From assembly GCA_041690355.1 (NCBI GenBank), contig JAWLHK010000028.1, forward strand, positions 1-54,709: a stretch of DNA of 54,709 nucleotides, given 5' to 3'. A program made the translations under genes and the position numbers. This stretch comes from a bacterium (GTDB lineage: Bacteria > J088 > JAWLBW01). The notes beneath the pieces are model-generated. The model searched no databases and was not told where the DNA came from. It was given only the letters and a program-made list of their open reading frames with translations. Positions 1-12,031 of this stretch are shown here, piece after piece; position 1 is the first letter of the stretch; each line of letters starts with the position of its first letter.

Positions 1-139
1 ACGCGGCCCGCCGCAGGCGCCCGCGGCGGCCTTTCCTGCCGTGAAGCCGGGGTGTAAGATGGAACGATATTCCGGCCGCTTCGGGCACCGGCCCGGCGCG
101 GAGTCGTTCCGCCCCCACATGCAAGTCCCGGAGGGTCTC

Positions 140-1015
140 ATGCTGTTCAAACGAGCTGAAGGTACGCTGGTCCGCGACATCCCCTCAGTGCGCCGCATGC
201 TGCCGTATGTCATGCGCGGGCGCAACGAGTCGGCCGTGTATTTCGAGCAGCGGCTCATCGTCGATCGGACGCTCGAATACATCCGGGCGTGGAATCAGGC
301 GCACCCCGACGACGAGATGACCCTCTTCCAGATCATTCTGGCCGGGGTCGTACGGGCAATCTATCTGCGCCCCCATATGAATCGCTTCACGGTCGGCGGG
401 CGGGTATACCAGCGCAACGCCGTCGAGATTTCGTTCGCAGTCAAGAAGAGGCTGACCGATGAGGCGCGGATGACGGCGGTCAAGGCGAGCTTCAAGGGCA
501 CCGAGACGCTGCACGAAATCCGGCGTATGGTCGACGAGGCCATCGGCGAAGGGCGCGGCGACAAGGAGACGACATCCGAGACCGAGATGAACTGGGTGCT
601 CAAGGTTCCCGGCCCCTTGCTCCGCGTCATCATGTGGGCGCAGAAACAGCTCGACGCCATGAACCTCCTGCCGGCGGCGATGATCCGGAACGATCCGCTC
701 TATTGCAGCATTTTTCTCGCGAACCTGGGGAGCGTCGGCATCGATTCCGGCTACCACCACATGTATGAATACGGCACGGCGCCCCTCTTCGGGGTCATCG
801 GACGGCGTAAGAAGGATCAGGTCGTGTCCGAAGACGGCCAGGTAAGCGTGCACGACGTGGTCGACAACAAGTTCACGTTCGACGAGCGCTCAACCGACGG
901 GCTCTATTGCGCCAAGAGCCTCGAGCTCTTCAAAACCTTCGTCGAGAATCCCACCCTTCTTGAAACTCCCCCCGGAGCTCCCGGAGAGAAGCTGGTTGTT
1001 CAGGCCCGCGCCTGA
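140..1015 (+). CDS. 2-oxoacid dehydrogenase E2/CAT-like acyltransferase catalytic-domain protein (no lipoyl domain)
   Basis: SIFLANLGSVG and FTFDERSTDGLY resemble the E2 catalytic core; GGAGGG RBS before ATG 140. Confidence 0.7.
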   Translation: MLFKRAEGTLVRDIPSVRRMLPYVMRGRNESAVYFEQRLIVDRTLEYIRAWNQAHPDDEMTLFQIILAGVVRAIYLRPHMNRFTVGGRVYQRNAVEISFAVKKRLTDEARMTAVKASFKGTETLHEIRRMVDEAIGEGRGDKETTSETEMNWVLKVPGPLLRVIMWAQKQLDAMNLLPAAMIRNDPLYCSIFLANLGSVGIDSGYHHMYEYGTAPLFGVIGRRKKDQVVSEDGQVSVHDVVDNKFTFDERSTDGLYCAKSLELFKTFVENPTLLETPPGAPGEKLVVQARA

Positions 1016-1035
1016 CCCACCCGGAGGCTGCTATT

Positions 1036-1088
1036 CCGTTCGCCCCGAGCTGACGACGCGAAACGGCGTGTAGCGCGACAGCGAGGGG
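1036..1088. repeat. partial copy of a dispersed REP/MITE-like element
   Basis: CCGTTCGCCCCGAGCTGAC...GACAGCGAGG matches 52824-52873. Confidence 0.55.
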
Positions 1089-1146
1089 CCAAGTCGGACA
1101 TCGGTCGCCAGTCGTCGGTAAACAAGTTCGAAGGTGCCCACGTGTT

Positions 1147-1668
1147 CTAGGGAACAGCGCGTTCGACGAGCGTCATCCTGCGCAGTCTATCCAATGCGGA
1201 AATGTCGTCCGGTTTCCGCACGAGGTAACGCAGGATGAGCACTCCCTGTGCCTCGGGACTGTGAATCACGCGCCCCTCCCCCGCCGTCTTGTCCTTCAGA
1301 GTCAGGAAGACGCGCGTGGGCCCCGTCACGCCTGCGGAATTTCCGACATTCGCGAAAGTGGACGTCCGGGGATCGATGAATTGGGCGCTCCAGTAGTCGG
1401 CATGGTGCGGAAAGGTGAGCCGCAGCGGCCCCGCGCGCAGGTCGAAGACCATGGCGCTGTACAGCAGGTCGGGGCTCGGCCGCACGATCGTGCGCCAGGT
1501 CTCGTCGGGAAGCCGCTCGTGGTGAAACCGGTTCACGCCGCCGGCGATTTCAGCGAGCCCTTCCATGGCGCGGCCGGCCTGGCGCGCGGGATAACGTAGA
1601 ACGGCGGTGGAAACGGCCGCGAGAATGACGGCCGCGGTCGCGAGCATGAGCAGGAGGTATCGCATCAA
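1147..1668 (-). CDS. DUF1254-family protein, N-terminal signal/TM
   Basis: IVRPSPDLLYSAMVFDLRAGPL and YWSAQFID motifs; 4-bp overlap with the upstream DUF1214 gene. Confidence 0.7.
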   Translation of the reverse strand: MMRYLLLMLATAAVILAAVSTAVLRYPARQAGRAMEGLAEIAGGVNRFHHERLPDETWRTIVRPSPDLLYSAMVFDLRAGPLRLTFPHHADYWSAQFIDPRTSTFANVGNSAGVTGPTRVFLTLKDKTAGEGRVIHSPEAQGVLILRYLVRKPDDISALDRLRRMTLVERAVP

Positions 1669-2321
1669 CGCCCCTCTCCCGCTTCGACGGCGGGAAGCGG
1701 GTAGCGCTCGAGGTTGCGCACCAATTCCACGTCAGGACGGTACAGGCGCATGGTCAACCCGATGGGTCCCTCCGGCGGCGAGGGGAGCCAGAAGCGCGCT
1801 CCCGCAGGCCGCTCGGGCGCGACATCGATGACGATGGGATACGGTTCGCCCTCCAGTTCCTGGCTCAACCAGGCATAGCGCCCTTCCGCATTCGGAAAGA
1901 GGTAATCGTCGGCGGCATAGAGGGTCAGGCTCCACCACTCGGCGGGAATCGGGCGTTCGATGCGGATGCGATGATGTCGGCCCCCGTCGAGGCGCCGGAT
2001 CGGCTCGCCGCGCAGAATGTTCCGCAGAGAAAACGGTTCACCCGCCTGCGCCTGCAGATAGAGCGCCTCGGCAGAGGAATTCGCGAAGAGGCCGAAACGC
2101 GCGATGACGGCCCGCGTGATGGGATCGGTATCCTGGGCGCCGATGTTGCGGATGGCCATCCACCCGCGCGGATTCACGAGGGTGACCTGCCGCATGTGAG
2201 CCAGGAGGACGGCCGCTGCAACCACGACGGCGAGCAGGACCCCCGCCGCAACCGCGATCATGGTGGGTACGGGGCGCCAGGGGGCAGTGGCAGGGGACGT
2301 GACGGCCGCAGGGATCGACAT
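1665..2321 (-). CDS. DUF1214-family protein, N-terminal TM
   Basis: RAVIARFGLFANSSAEALY, WWSLTLY, WLPSP..LTMRLYRP motifs. Confidence 0.75.
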   Translation of the reverse strand: MSIPAAVTSPATAPWRPVPTMIAVAAGVLLAVVVAAAVLLAHMRQVTLVNPRGWMAIRNIGAQDTDPITRAVIARFGLFANSSAEALYLQAQAGEPFSLRNILRGEPIRRLDGGRHHRIRIERPIPAEWWSLTLYAADDYLFPNAEGRYAWLSQELEGEPYPIVIDVAPERPAGARFWLPSPPEGPIGLTMRLYRPDVELVRNLERYPLPAVEAGEGR

Positions 2322-2328
2322 GGCGAGA

Positions 2329-2423
2329 GTATATCGGCTTGATGGTGAGCGGCAATGCCCAGGAAACGCATTTGGCCTGCCAAGGAACTAGGTGGCCGCA
2401 GTCGCTCGAATATCTTGTCAGAT
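2329..2423 (-). other. degenerate integron attC-like site
   Basis: Minus strand ATCTGAC-AAGATA-TTCGAGCGAC...GCCGCTCAC-CATCAAGCC-GATATAC; one mismatch in each R box. Confidence 0.3.
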
Positions 2424-2437
2424 TACGAGGCCGTTAT

Positions 2438-2845
2438 TCAATTTTCACTGAGCTCGGTTTCCTCTGAGAGTTTACCACGACTCTGAAACACTCCTAGTGC
2501 TTCCCGGGCTATGTTACGGAGGTGAAGCCAGTAACCTTGGTCTTGAACAAAATTGAGCGGTGGATAGTTGTCTGGAAGCGCTGCGGCAGCGCTCTCCCAC
2601 GCTCGGTGCACCCTTTCGACAGCATCAATTTCGGCTTGGGTAAATACAGGTGCGATGAAATGCGCCGGTCGTGGGGATGGAACCCAGTCTTCCCAGCTAT
2701 TGATCAACTCATAGGGCGCGTTAACAAAAGGCACGCGTTTTTCGTAGTCCAACTGCTCCTCGAAGGACGCCAATACCTCGAGTTCCTCGATCACTCGATT
2801 GCGAATTCGTTGTAGCACAACTTGCGGTGATGGTTCCGAGTCCAT
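2438..2845 (-). CDS. hypothetical protein, low GC, possibly immunity-protein-like
   Basis: Open acidic helical-looking 135-aa ORF (MDSEPSPQ...); visibly more AT-rich than its neighbours. Confidence 0.6.
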   Translation of the reverse strand: MDSEPSPQVVLQRIRNRVIEELEVLASFEEQLDYEKRVPFVNAPYELINSWEDWVPSPRPAHFIAPVFTQAEIDAVERVHRAWESAAAALPDNYPPLNFVQDQGYWLHLRNIAREALGVFQSRGKLSEETELSEN

Positions 2846-3110
2846 AGCCGTGTCTTCAAGGCGCCTTATGTTGTAGGTTTGCACTTGTTCAGCTTCCACA
2901 TAATATCAAGAGTCTATGGTGTGAGAACAAGAACAAAGCCGGAAGTGCCACCCTTCTTTTTTGTTAAGGTGGGGGAGGCAAGCCCAAGGAAGCCTACTCG
3001 GCGCACAGCCGGAAATGCAACTTTTTCTTCCTCGCCGACCGGCGGGGCCGGATACAGCTGCGGGTTATGGAATGTTCGATTTCGACTACGGAAGTCCGTA
3101 CAATGGACGC

Positions 3111-3779
3111 ATGTGCGGACGCATGACCCTGCATACCCCGAAGAACGAGCTCGAAGCGGCCTTCGACCTGAAGGGCCTTCCCGAGTTGGAACCGAGGTAC
3201 AACATTGCGCCGACGCAGCCGCTGCTGATCGTGCGCGAGGGGCCGGGCGGCGTGCGCGAAGCCGCGTGGACGCGCTGGGGGCTCGTGCCCTCCTGGGCCA
3301 AGGATCCTTCCATCGGCTCCAGGATGATCAATGCTCGCGCGGAGACGGCCTTCGACAAGCCCGCCTTCCGGAGCGCCATGAAGCGGCGCCGCTGCCTGAT
3401 ACCAATCTCCGGCTTCTACGAGTGGAAGAAGGGGAGCGGCAAGGTCAAGCAGCCGTACTTCATCCACCGGCCCGACGGCGCGCCGCTCGCCCTTGCCGGA
3501 ATCCATGAATACTGGGAGGGACACGACGGCGCGTTTGAGTCATCGGCTCTGCTCACTTGCGGCCCGAACGGCGTCATGGAGGCGGTGCACGATCGGATGC
3601 CCGTCATTCTTCACCCCGACGCCTGGGATACCTGGCTCGATGGCACCGTGAGCCGCGAGGGACTCGAGATGCTGCTCGTCCCCTGCCCTGACCATGATCT
3701 TGTACTCACGCCGGTCAGTACGGCGGTCAACAATCCCCGGAACCAGGGGGCGGAGCTCATTGCCGCAGTTGCCGCCTGA
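3111..3779 (+). CDS. yedK: SOS response-associated peptidase (SRAP/YedK/HMCES), abasic-site protection
   Basis: N-terminal MCGR, RYNIAPTQ, WGLVPSW, INARAET, GFYEW, HDRMPVIL. Confidence 0.95.
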   Translation: MCGRMTLHTPKNELEAAFDLKGLPELEPRYNIAPTQPLLIVREGPGGVREAAWTRWGLVPSWAKDPSIGSRMINARAETAFDKPAFRSAMKRRRCLIPISGFYEWKKGSGKVKQPYFIHRPDGAPLALAGIHEYWEGHDGAFESSALLTCGPNGVMEAVHDRMPVILHPDAWDTWLDGTVSREGLEMLLVPCPDHDLVLTPVSTAVNNPRNQGAELIAAVAA

Positions 3780-3857
3780 CATTCAGTCGGGCTACCTCGC
3801 CGAGCACGAGAGTTCGTGGCCCGGGCGGACGCAAGAACCGGAGAGATTGGCGGTGCG

Positions 3858-4370
3858 ATGATGTTTCTGGTGCTGATTGGGCCAAAAGGGAGCGGGAAGA
3901 GTCACATCGGCCGGCTGCTGGAGCGCAACCTCGGCGTCCGCTTTTTCCATGTGGAACCACTCTGGATGGAGTACCACGCCGCCTGCGCCGCCGAGGGACG
4001 GCAGCCTTCGATTCCCGAAGGAATCCGTCGCGTGCATCCCCACATCGCGCAGGCACTGGCGGAACAGACACATGTCTGCGTCGAAACGACCGGCGCTTCT
4101 CCCGAGATTCTGGACGCGCTCCTCACACTCGCCCCGGCCGAGGAACGCGGCGTGCTTCGCCTCGAGGTTCCGCTCAACCTTTGTCTGGAACGCATCGAGG
4201 CACGCGACCCCACGCACCAGATCCCCCTGGATCGCCCGATGATCGAGAAGGTACACGCCCTCAGCGAAGCCTTGGAGCTCCCCGCAGCGCTCACCCTCCG
4301 TAACCTCGACCTTCGCGATGAGGAGATCCTCATGGCAGTCTGCAAGGCCTTTCCGGCCCTGAACCAGTGA
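3858..4370 (+). CDS. P-loop nucleotide/shikimate kinase-like protein
   Basis: LIGPKGSGKS Walker A at the N-terminus; CLERIEAR lid-like motif. Confidence 0.7.
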   Translation: MMFLVLIGPKGSGKSHIGRLLERNLGVRFFHVEPLWMEYHAACAAEGRQPSIPEGIRRVHPHIAQALAEQTHVCVETTGASPEILDALLTLAPAEERGVLRLEVPLNLCLERIEARDPTHQIPLDRPMIEKVHALSEALELPAALTLRNLDLRDEEILMAVCKAFPALNQ

Positions 4371-4426
4371 ACGGCCCACTCGAAGGGCGCTGAGCTGCCC
4401 GACCGCCCGGCTGTCGATTCAGGCAC

Positions 4427-4452
4427 AAAAAAAAGCGCTCCGAAGAGCGCTT
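4427..4452 (-). terminator. intrinsic terminator of the atp operon
   Basis: AAGCGCTC-CGAA-GAGCGCTT stem; the A8 run reads as U8 on the minus strand just after atpC. Confidence 0.85.
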
Positions 4453-4476
4453 CTTGAAAGAATAACCGAACGTGAC

Positions 4477-4881
4477 TCAGCGGGTGAGCGCGACTTCCTG
4501 GCGAACCAGCGAGCGCTTGAGCGCCAGCTCGGCCGCGAGGTAGTCCTCATTGCGCATCTCGAGCCCCGCGAGGGTCTCTTCGGCACGCTTCTGGGCGGTC
4601 TTCGCGCGTTCGACGTCGATCTCGGGCGCCGCCTCGGCGGCGTCAGCCAGCACGATGACCTTGCCGTGCCCGACTTCGACGAAGCCGCCGGCGATGGCGA
4701 AGGTGCCGTTGGTCGAACCACTGCGGTAGACCAGCCGCCCGGGCTGAAGCAGGCTGAGCAGTTCCGTGTGCCCCGGAAGGACACCGAGTTCGCCCTGTCC
4801 GCCCGGAAGCAGAACTTCGTCTACTTGCTGCGAGAGGACCCGCCGGTCGGGGGTCACGATTTCGAGCTGAATGCGATCCAT
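4477..4881 (-). CDS. atpC: ATP synthase F1 epsilon
   Basis: LEIVTPDR, GELGVLPGH, GGFVEV. Confidence 0.97.
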   Translation of the reverse strand: MDRIQLEIVTPDRRVLSQQVDEVLLPGGQGELGVLPGHTELLSLLQPGRLVYRSGSTNGTFAIAGGFVEVGHGKVIVLADAAEAAPEIDVERAKTAQKRAEETLAGLEMRNEDYLAAELALKRSLVRQEVALTR

Positions 4882-4896
4882 CGCGTCCGCTTTCCG

Positions 4897-6375
<1,479 letters not shown>

Positions 6376-7263
6376 TTACTTCAGGGACTCGGCGCCGCTC
6401 ACGATTTCCATCAGTTCCTTGGTGATTGCCGCCTGGCGCGCCCGGTTGTACTGCAGCGACAGCCGTCCAATCGCCTTCTTGGCGTTGGTCGAAGCGCTGT
6501 CCATGGCGCTCATGCGGGCGGCGTGCTCGGCCGCAATCGAATCGAGCAGCGCCCGGTAGACGTGCAGACGCACGCTCTGCGGCAGCAGCTGATTCAGGAT
6601 CTCACCGCGGTTCGGTTCGTAAATGAAGTCGATGAGGCGCGTACCTTCGGGAGTCTCTTCGACCTTGGTTTCCCCAGGCGCGGCGGCCAGCGGCAGCAGC
6701 TGATCGCACATCATCTTCTGGTTGATGACGCTCACGAAGTGGTTGTACACGACGTACACACCCTGGTACTCGCCCGCCAGAAACTGATCCATGGCCTGGT
6801 TGGCGATGGATGCGGCCTTGGCGAAATCGAGCCGATCGAAGATGCCGGTGTGGTGCTCGACGATGCTGGCCTTGCGGCGCTTCAGCAGGTCATTCACCTT
6901 GCGGCCGATCGTGACGATGTCGACCTGCGTGCCGGCCGCCTGCTTTTCATCAATAAAAGCGACCGTGCGCTTGAAGACGTTGGCGTTGAACGCGCCGCAG
7001 AGCCCGCGGTCGGAGCTGATGGCGATGACCAGTACCTTCGACTCGGCTTCGGGCTTCAGCAGAAGCGGGTGCTCGTCGGTGCTGATCTGCGCCGCCAGGC
7101 CGCGCACGACTTCGGTCGTCTTCTCGGAGTAGGCCGAGAAGGCGGTGATGCGCTCCTGCGAACGCCGCAGCTTGCTCGCCGCGACCATCTTCATGGCCTT
7201 GGTGATCTGCTGCGTGCTCTTGACGCTGACGATACGGCGTCGGATTTGCTTCAGTGAGGGCAT
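6376..7263 (-). CDS. atpG: ATP synthase F1 gamma
   Basis: QITKAMKMVAASK, DRGLCGAFN, RQAAITKEL. Confidence 0.98.
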   Translation of the reverse strand: MPSLKQIRRRIVSVKSTQQITKAMKMVAASKLRRSQERITAFSAYSEKTTEVVRGLAAQISTDEHPLLLKPEAESKVLVIAISSDRGLCGAFNANVFKRTVAFIDEKQAAGTQVDIVTIGRKVNDLLKRRKASIVEHHTGIFDRLDFAKAASIANQAMDQFLAGEYQGVYVVYNHFVSVINQKMMCDQLLPLAAAPGETKVEETPEGTRLIDFIYEPNRGEILNQLLPQSVRLHVYRALLDSIAAEHAARMSAMDSASTNAKKAIGRLSLQYNRARQAAITKELMEIVSGAESLK

Positions 7264-7301
7264 AGTTCATCCGGGGCAGAACGGGTTCCGCCCGAAAATT
7301 C

Positions 7302-8846
<1,545 letters not shown>

Positions 8847-9395
8847 TTATTCGGCGGCAGCGAGCTCGCGGGCCATGGCCTCGAGCTGCGACCGTACGCT
8901 GCCATCGACCTCGAGCGAACCGAGACGCACGACGGCGCCGCCGAGAATCGCAGGGTCGACCTGAACCTGGAGTTCAATTTTCTTGTTCGTCGCCTTTTCG
9001 AGCGCCTGGCGCACCTTGTCCTGCATGTCGGCACCGGGCTGCTCGGCCACCGTCAATTCGGCCTTGACCATGCCGGTCAGCTCATCGGCCATCGCATTGA
9101 AGCGCTCGATGATGGGCCCGATGTAGCGGGCGCGATCCTTCGAGACCGCCAGCGACAGAAAATTGCGCACGGCCGGAAGGGCGTTCAACGCGCCGGCAAG
9201 CTGCGTGACGATGGCCACCTTGTCGGCCCGGCTGAAGCTCGGCGACTGCAGCGCCTCGGCAAGCTTGCCGTCTTCTGCCGTCAGGGTGACCTGAAAGGCG
9301 TTCAGCTGCTCGCGCACGGCGGCGAGCTGGTTCTCTTCCTGGGCGAGCGCGATGAGCGCCCGGGCCCAGCGCTGGGTAATGGCTCCTTCAATCAC
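8847..9395 (-). CDS. atpH: ATP synthase F1 delta
   Basis: RWARAL N-terminus, VDPAILGG..DGSV; operon position. Confidence 0.93.
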   Translation of the reverse strand: MIEGAITQRWARALIALAQEENQLAAVREQLNAFQVTLTAEDGKLAEALQSPSFSRADKVAIVTQLAGALNALPAVRNFLSLAVSKDRARYIGPIIERFNAMADELTGMVKAELTVAEQPGADMQDKVRQALEKATNKKIELQVQVDPAILGGAVVRLGSLEVDGSVRSQLEAMARELAAAE

Positions 9396-9964
9396 GACAG
9401 TCGCTCCAGCTTCGAAACGAATTCACCGAACTGCTTGCTCTTGTCTTCGGCCGACAGCGCGCCGGCGACCTGCTGTGCCGCGAGCTCGGCCGCCATGGCG
9501 ACCATGTCGGCGCGCAGCGTCTCACGGGCACGGCGCACTTCCTGCTCGCCGACCAGCTTCGCGTCGGCGATGAGCTTGTCGGCCTGCTGCTTCGCGGCGT
9601 CGAGCAGCTGATTTTTTTCACGCTCGCCGGCCGCCAGGATTTCAGCCTTGAGCTGGGCGAGCTCGGCATCGACATTGGCCATCTTCGCACGGTACTCGGC
9701 CAGGGCGGCCTCGGCGCGCGTGCGGGCAGCCTGGGCCTCTTCGACCGCCTTGCGCACGTCGTCGCGGCGGCCGGCCGTGAAGTCGCGAACCGGCTTGCGG
9801 AGAAGGAAAATCAGAATGCCCGCCAGGATGGCGAAGTTGATGGCATGGTAGAGCAGGCCCGTCGAAAAGAGCGGGGCGTGCTCGCCGCCCTGGGTCGCCG
9901 CGAGGGCCGCGGCGGGGGCGGAGACGGCCAGCGCCGTCAAAGCGGAGAAAAGTACGCGCTTCAT
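9392..9964 (-). CDS. atpF: ATP synthase Fo subunit b
   Basis: INFAILAGILIFLLRKP TM then coiled coil. Confidence 0.9.
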   Translation of the reverse strand: MKRVLFSALTALAVSAPAAALAATQGGEHAPLFSTGLLYHAINFAILAGILIFLLRKPVRDFTAGRRDDVRKAVEEAQAARTRAEAALAEYRAKMANVDAELAQLKAEILAAGEREKNQLLDAAKQQADKLIADAKLVGEQEVRRARETLRADMVAMAAELAAQQVAGALSAEDKSKQFGEFVSKLERLS

Positions 9965-10437
9965 GCGGGGCGTCCCAGAACTTTGTTGGTCATGAGCTTG
10001 GCGATGCCGTCGGCCTCGGCCTTCAGGCCCGAGCGGGCTTCGGCGGTCGCCTTTTCGATGTCGGCGCGGATGCCGTCGGTGATCCGGGCCGCTTCGGTGC
10101 GCGAAGCGTCGAGGGTCGACTTGGCGGCGGCATCGGCGGCGGCGCGCTGCTTCTGGCGCTCTTCGGTCGCCGCGGCGCGCGCTTCGCGCACGCGTTCCTG
10201 ATATTCGGCCTCGAGGCGCAGCAGCTCGGCCTCTTCGCCGGCCGCCTTTTCCTGGCTGCCCGTCGTGAGCGCGCGGCGGCGGTCAAGCAGGTTGAGAAAC
10301 GGTTTCCAGAACAGCGTGTTCAGCGCGAAGAACAGCGTCAGAAACACGACGAGCTGAATCAGCAGCGTCGCGTTGAATGAGATGTCCGACGAAATCTGAA
10401 AGAAGGGTTGGGTAAGCTTGCTCGCCAGGTCTTCCAT
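9961..10437 (-). CDS. atpF2: ATP synthase Fo subunit b'
   Basis: NATLLIQLVVFL..FWKPF TM then coiled coil; tandem with b. Confidence 0.88.
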   Translation of the reverse strand: MEDLASKLTQPFFQISSDISFNATLLIQLVVFLTLFFALNTLFWKPFLNLLDRRRALTTGSQEKAAGEEAELLRLEAEYQERVREARAAATEERQKQRAAADAAAKSTLDASRTEAARITDGIRADIEKATAEARSGLKAEADGIAKLMTNKVLGRPA

Positions 10438-10562
10438 ACTCGACGTCCGGGTTCGGTCGGCCCCGTTCTCCGTCTGGTCCCGTGCCGTTCCGGCGGGGCC
10501 GGAAGTTCGGGATTCAGGGTATTGTTGCGGAGGTGCAGGGCTACGGCCAGCTAAAAGAGTTG

Positions 10563-10591
10563 TTTATATCAAAATTGACGGGGTGTGTCAA
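10563..10591 (-). promoter_or_regulatory. sigma70 promoter of the atp operon
   Basis: Minus strand TTGACA-17 bp-TATAAA with TG extension. Confidence 0.75.
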
Positions 10592-10687
10592 AGAGCCGAG
10601 CGGGCGCGCCAGGGGGTCGCAACCGGCTTCGGCGGGCCTCGGATCGGCCCCGCGGGGCATAGCCTGGCCCGGATTTTCTCCGGTTTT

Positions 10688-11158
10688 TCAGGGGTAGACG
10701 GCCGTCAGCGTGAAGCGGATCGCGAGCAGCGTCGCGGCGGCGTAGACTCCGGCAAAAAAATCGTCGGTCATGGTGTGGAATCCGCCTTTCTGGTCGTCGA
10801 ACCACCGCGCCGGCGGCGGCTTGGTCACGTCGAACAGCCGAAAAAGGACGAAGCCGGCCAGCAGCCATGGCCAGGTGATATCCGGGACGGCCAGCCAGAC
10901 GAAATACTGCGCGGCGACCTCGTCGATGACGATACGGGCGTGATCGTGCCCCCAATAGCGCCCTGCGATTTCACTCACGAACCATCCCACGAGAAAGAGC
11001 AGGGCGAACAGCCCGATGCGCTGCGGCCAGGCGGCCTCGGCCGTGGCGAGAAAAAAGACGAGCGCCGGCAGGGAGCCGAAGGTGCCCGGTGCGCGCGGCA
11101 CGAAGCCGACGCCGAAGCCGGCGGCAATCCAGAGAAAGACGGCGTGCAGGGCGCGCAT
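10688..11158 (-). CDS. pgpA: PgpA-family lipid phosphatase
   Basis: GVGFVPRAPGTFGS, DHARIVIDEV, FRLFDVTKP, DDFFAG. Confidence 0.92.
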   Translation of the reverse strand: MRALHAVFLWIAAGFGVGFVPRAPGTFGSLPALVFFLATAEAAWPQRIGLFALLFLVGWFVSEIAGRYWGHDHARIVIDEVAAQYFVWLAVPDITWPWLLAGFVLFRLFDVTKPPPARWFDDQKGGFHTMTDDFFAGVYAAATLLAIRFTLTAVYP

Positions 11159-11218
11159 GAGTCCGTTGGGTTTCCTGAAGCGTTACAGACCGCCGGCGAG
11201 CCGCGCCGGGCAAGGGAT

Positions 11219-12031
11219 TCAGTCGGCTGCGCGCTGGGCCGGTTCTCCATGGAGCGGGCCCGGCAGGCGGTGACGGGCTTCGAGCGCGCGCAGGACGGCG
11301 CGTATGCGCTGCACGGCTGTCCAGTTGCCGAAGACCGCCAGGATCCCGAGCGCGAAAAATGGAAGCCATGCGGCGTCCACTCCGCTCAGCCAGGCCCAGA
11401 TCGGCGCCAGAATGCCAGCCGACGCAAGAATGACCATCCGCTCGGCCCGCTGCAGAAGTCCGTCGCGGCACTCGATGCCGAGCGATTCGGCCCGGGCCCG
11501 GGCGTAGGAGACGTTGTACGTACCCGCCAGGGCCGCAAGCGCCAGTGCGAGCCCGGGGCCCGGGCTGAAGAACCAGGCAAGACCGGCGAGCAGCCCCCAG
11601 TCGCCGTAGCGATCAAGTGTGCTGTCGAGAAAGGCCCCAGCTGCGGTCTCTTGCCCCGTGCGGCGCGCCACGCGTCCGTCGAGCAGGTCGAAGCTGCCGC
11701 CCGCGAGAATCAGCCAACCGCCGAGGGCAAACCAGCCGAGGGCGAATGCGAGGCCGGCCGCCAGGGTGACGGCGGTCCCGATCAGCGTGAGCTGATTCGG
11801 CGTCAGGCCGCGCCGTAATACGAGGCGCTCTGCCGGGCCGTGCAGCCAGTACCAGTAGTCACGGAGAAAAAGCCCCAGGAGGCGGCGCCCCCCCTTGCGC
11901 ACGGCGTCAGGATCCGGTGAACCGCGCCGGCGACTCGCAAGGGAGGTTATCCCGTAAACGGCCAGGGCCAGAATGAGGACGGCCGCCGGCGCCAGCGCGA
12001 GGCTCGGCGACAACGCCGTCGAAGGGCTCAT
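11219..12031 (-). CDS. CDP-alcohol phosphatidyltransferase, probable phosphatidylinositol-phosphate synthase
   Basis: [41 protein letters not shown]; overlaps the ino1 stop. Confidence 0.88.
   Translation of the reverse strand: MSPSTALSPSLALAPAAVLILALAVYGITSLASRRRGSPDPDAVRKGGRRLLGLFLRDYWYWLHGPAERLVLRRGLTPNQLTLIGTAVTLAAGLAFALGWFALGGWLILAGGSFDLLDGRVARRTGQETAAGAFLDSTLDRYGDWGLLAGLAWFFSPGPGLALALAALAGTYNVSYARARAESLGIECRDGLLQRAERMVILASAGILAPIWAWLSGVDAAWLPFFALGILAVFGNWTAVQRIRAVLRALEARHRLPGPLHGEPAQRAAD

Noticed and set aside
2925-3020. GAACAAGAAC and the GCCGGAA(G/A)TGC direct repeat as an SOS box for SRAP
   Set aside because: Spacing matches no LexA motif I can support; only two short copies.
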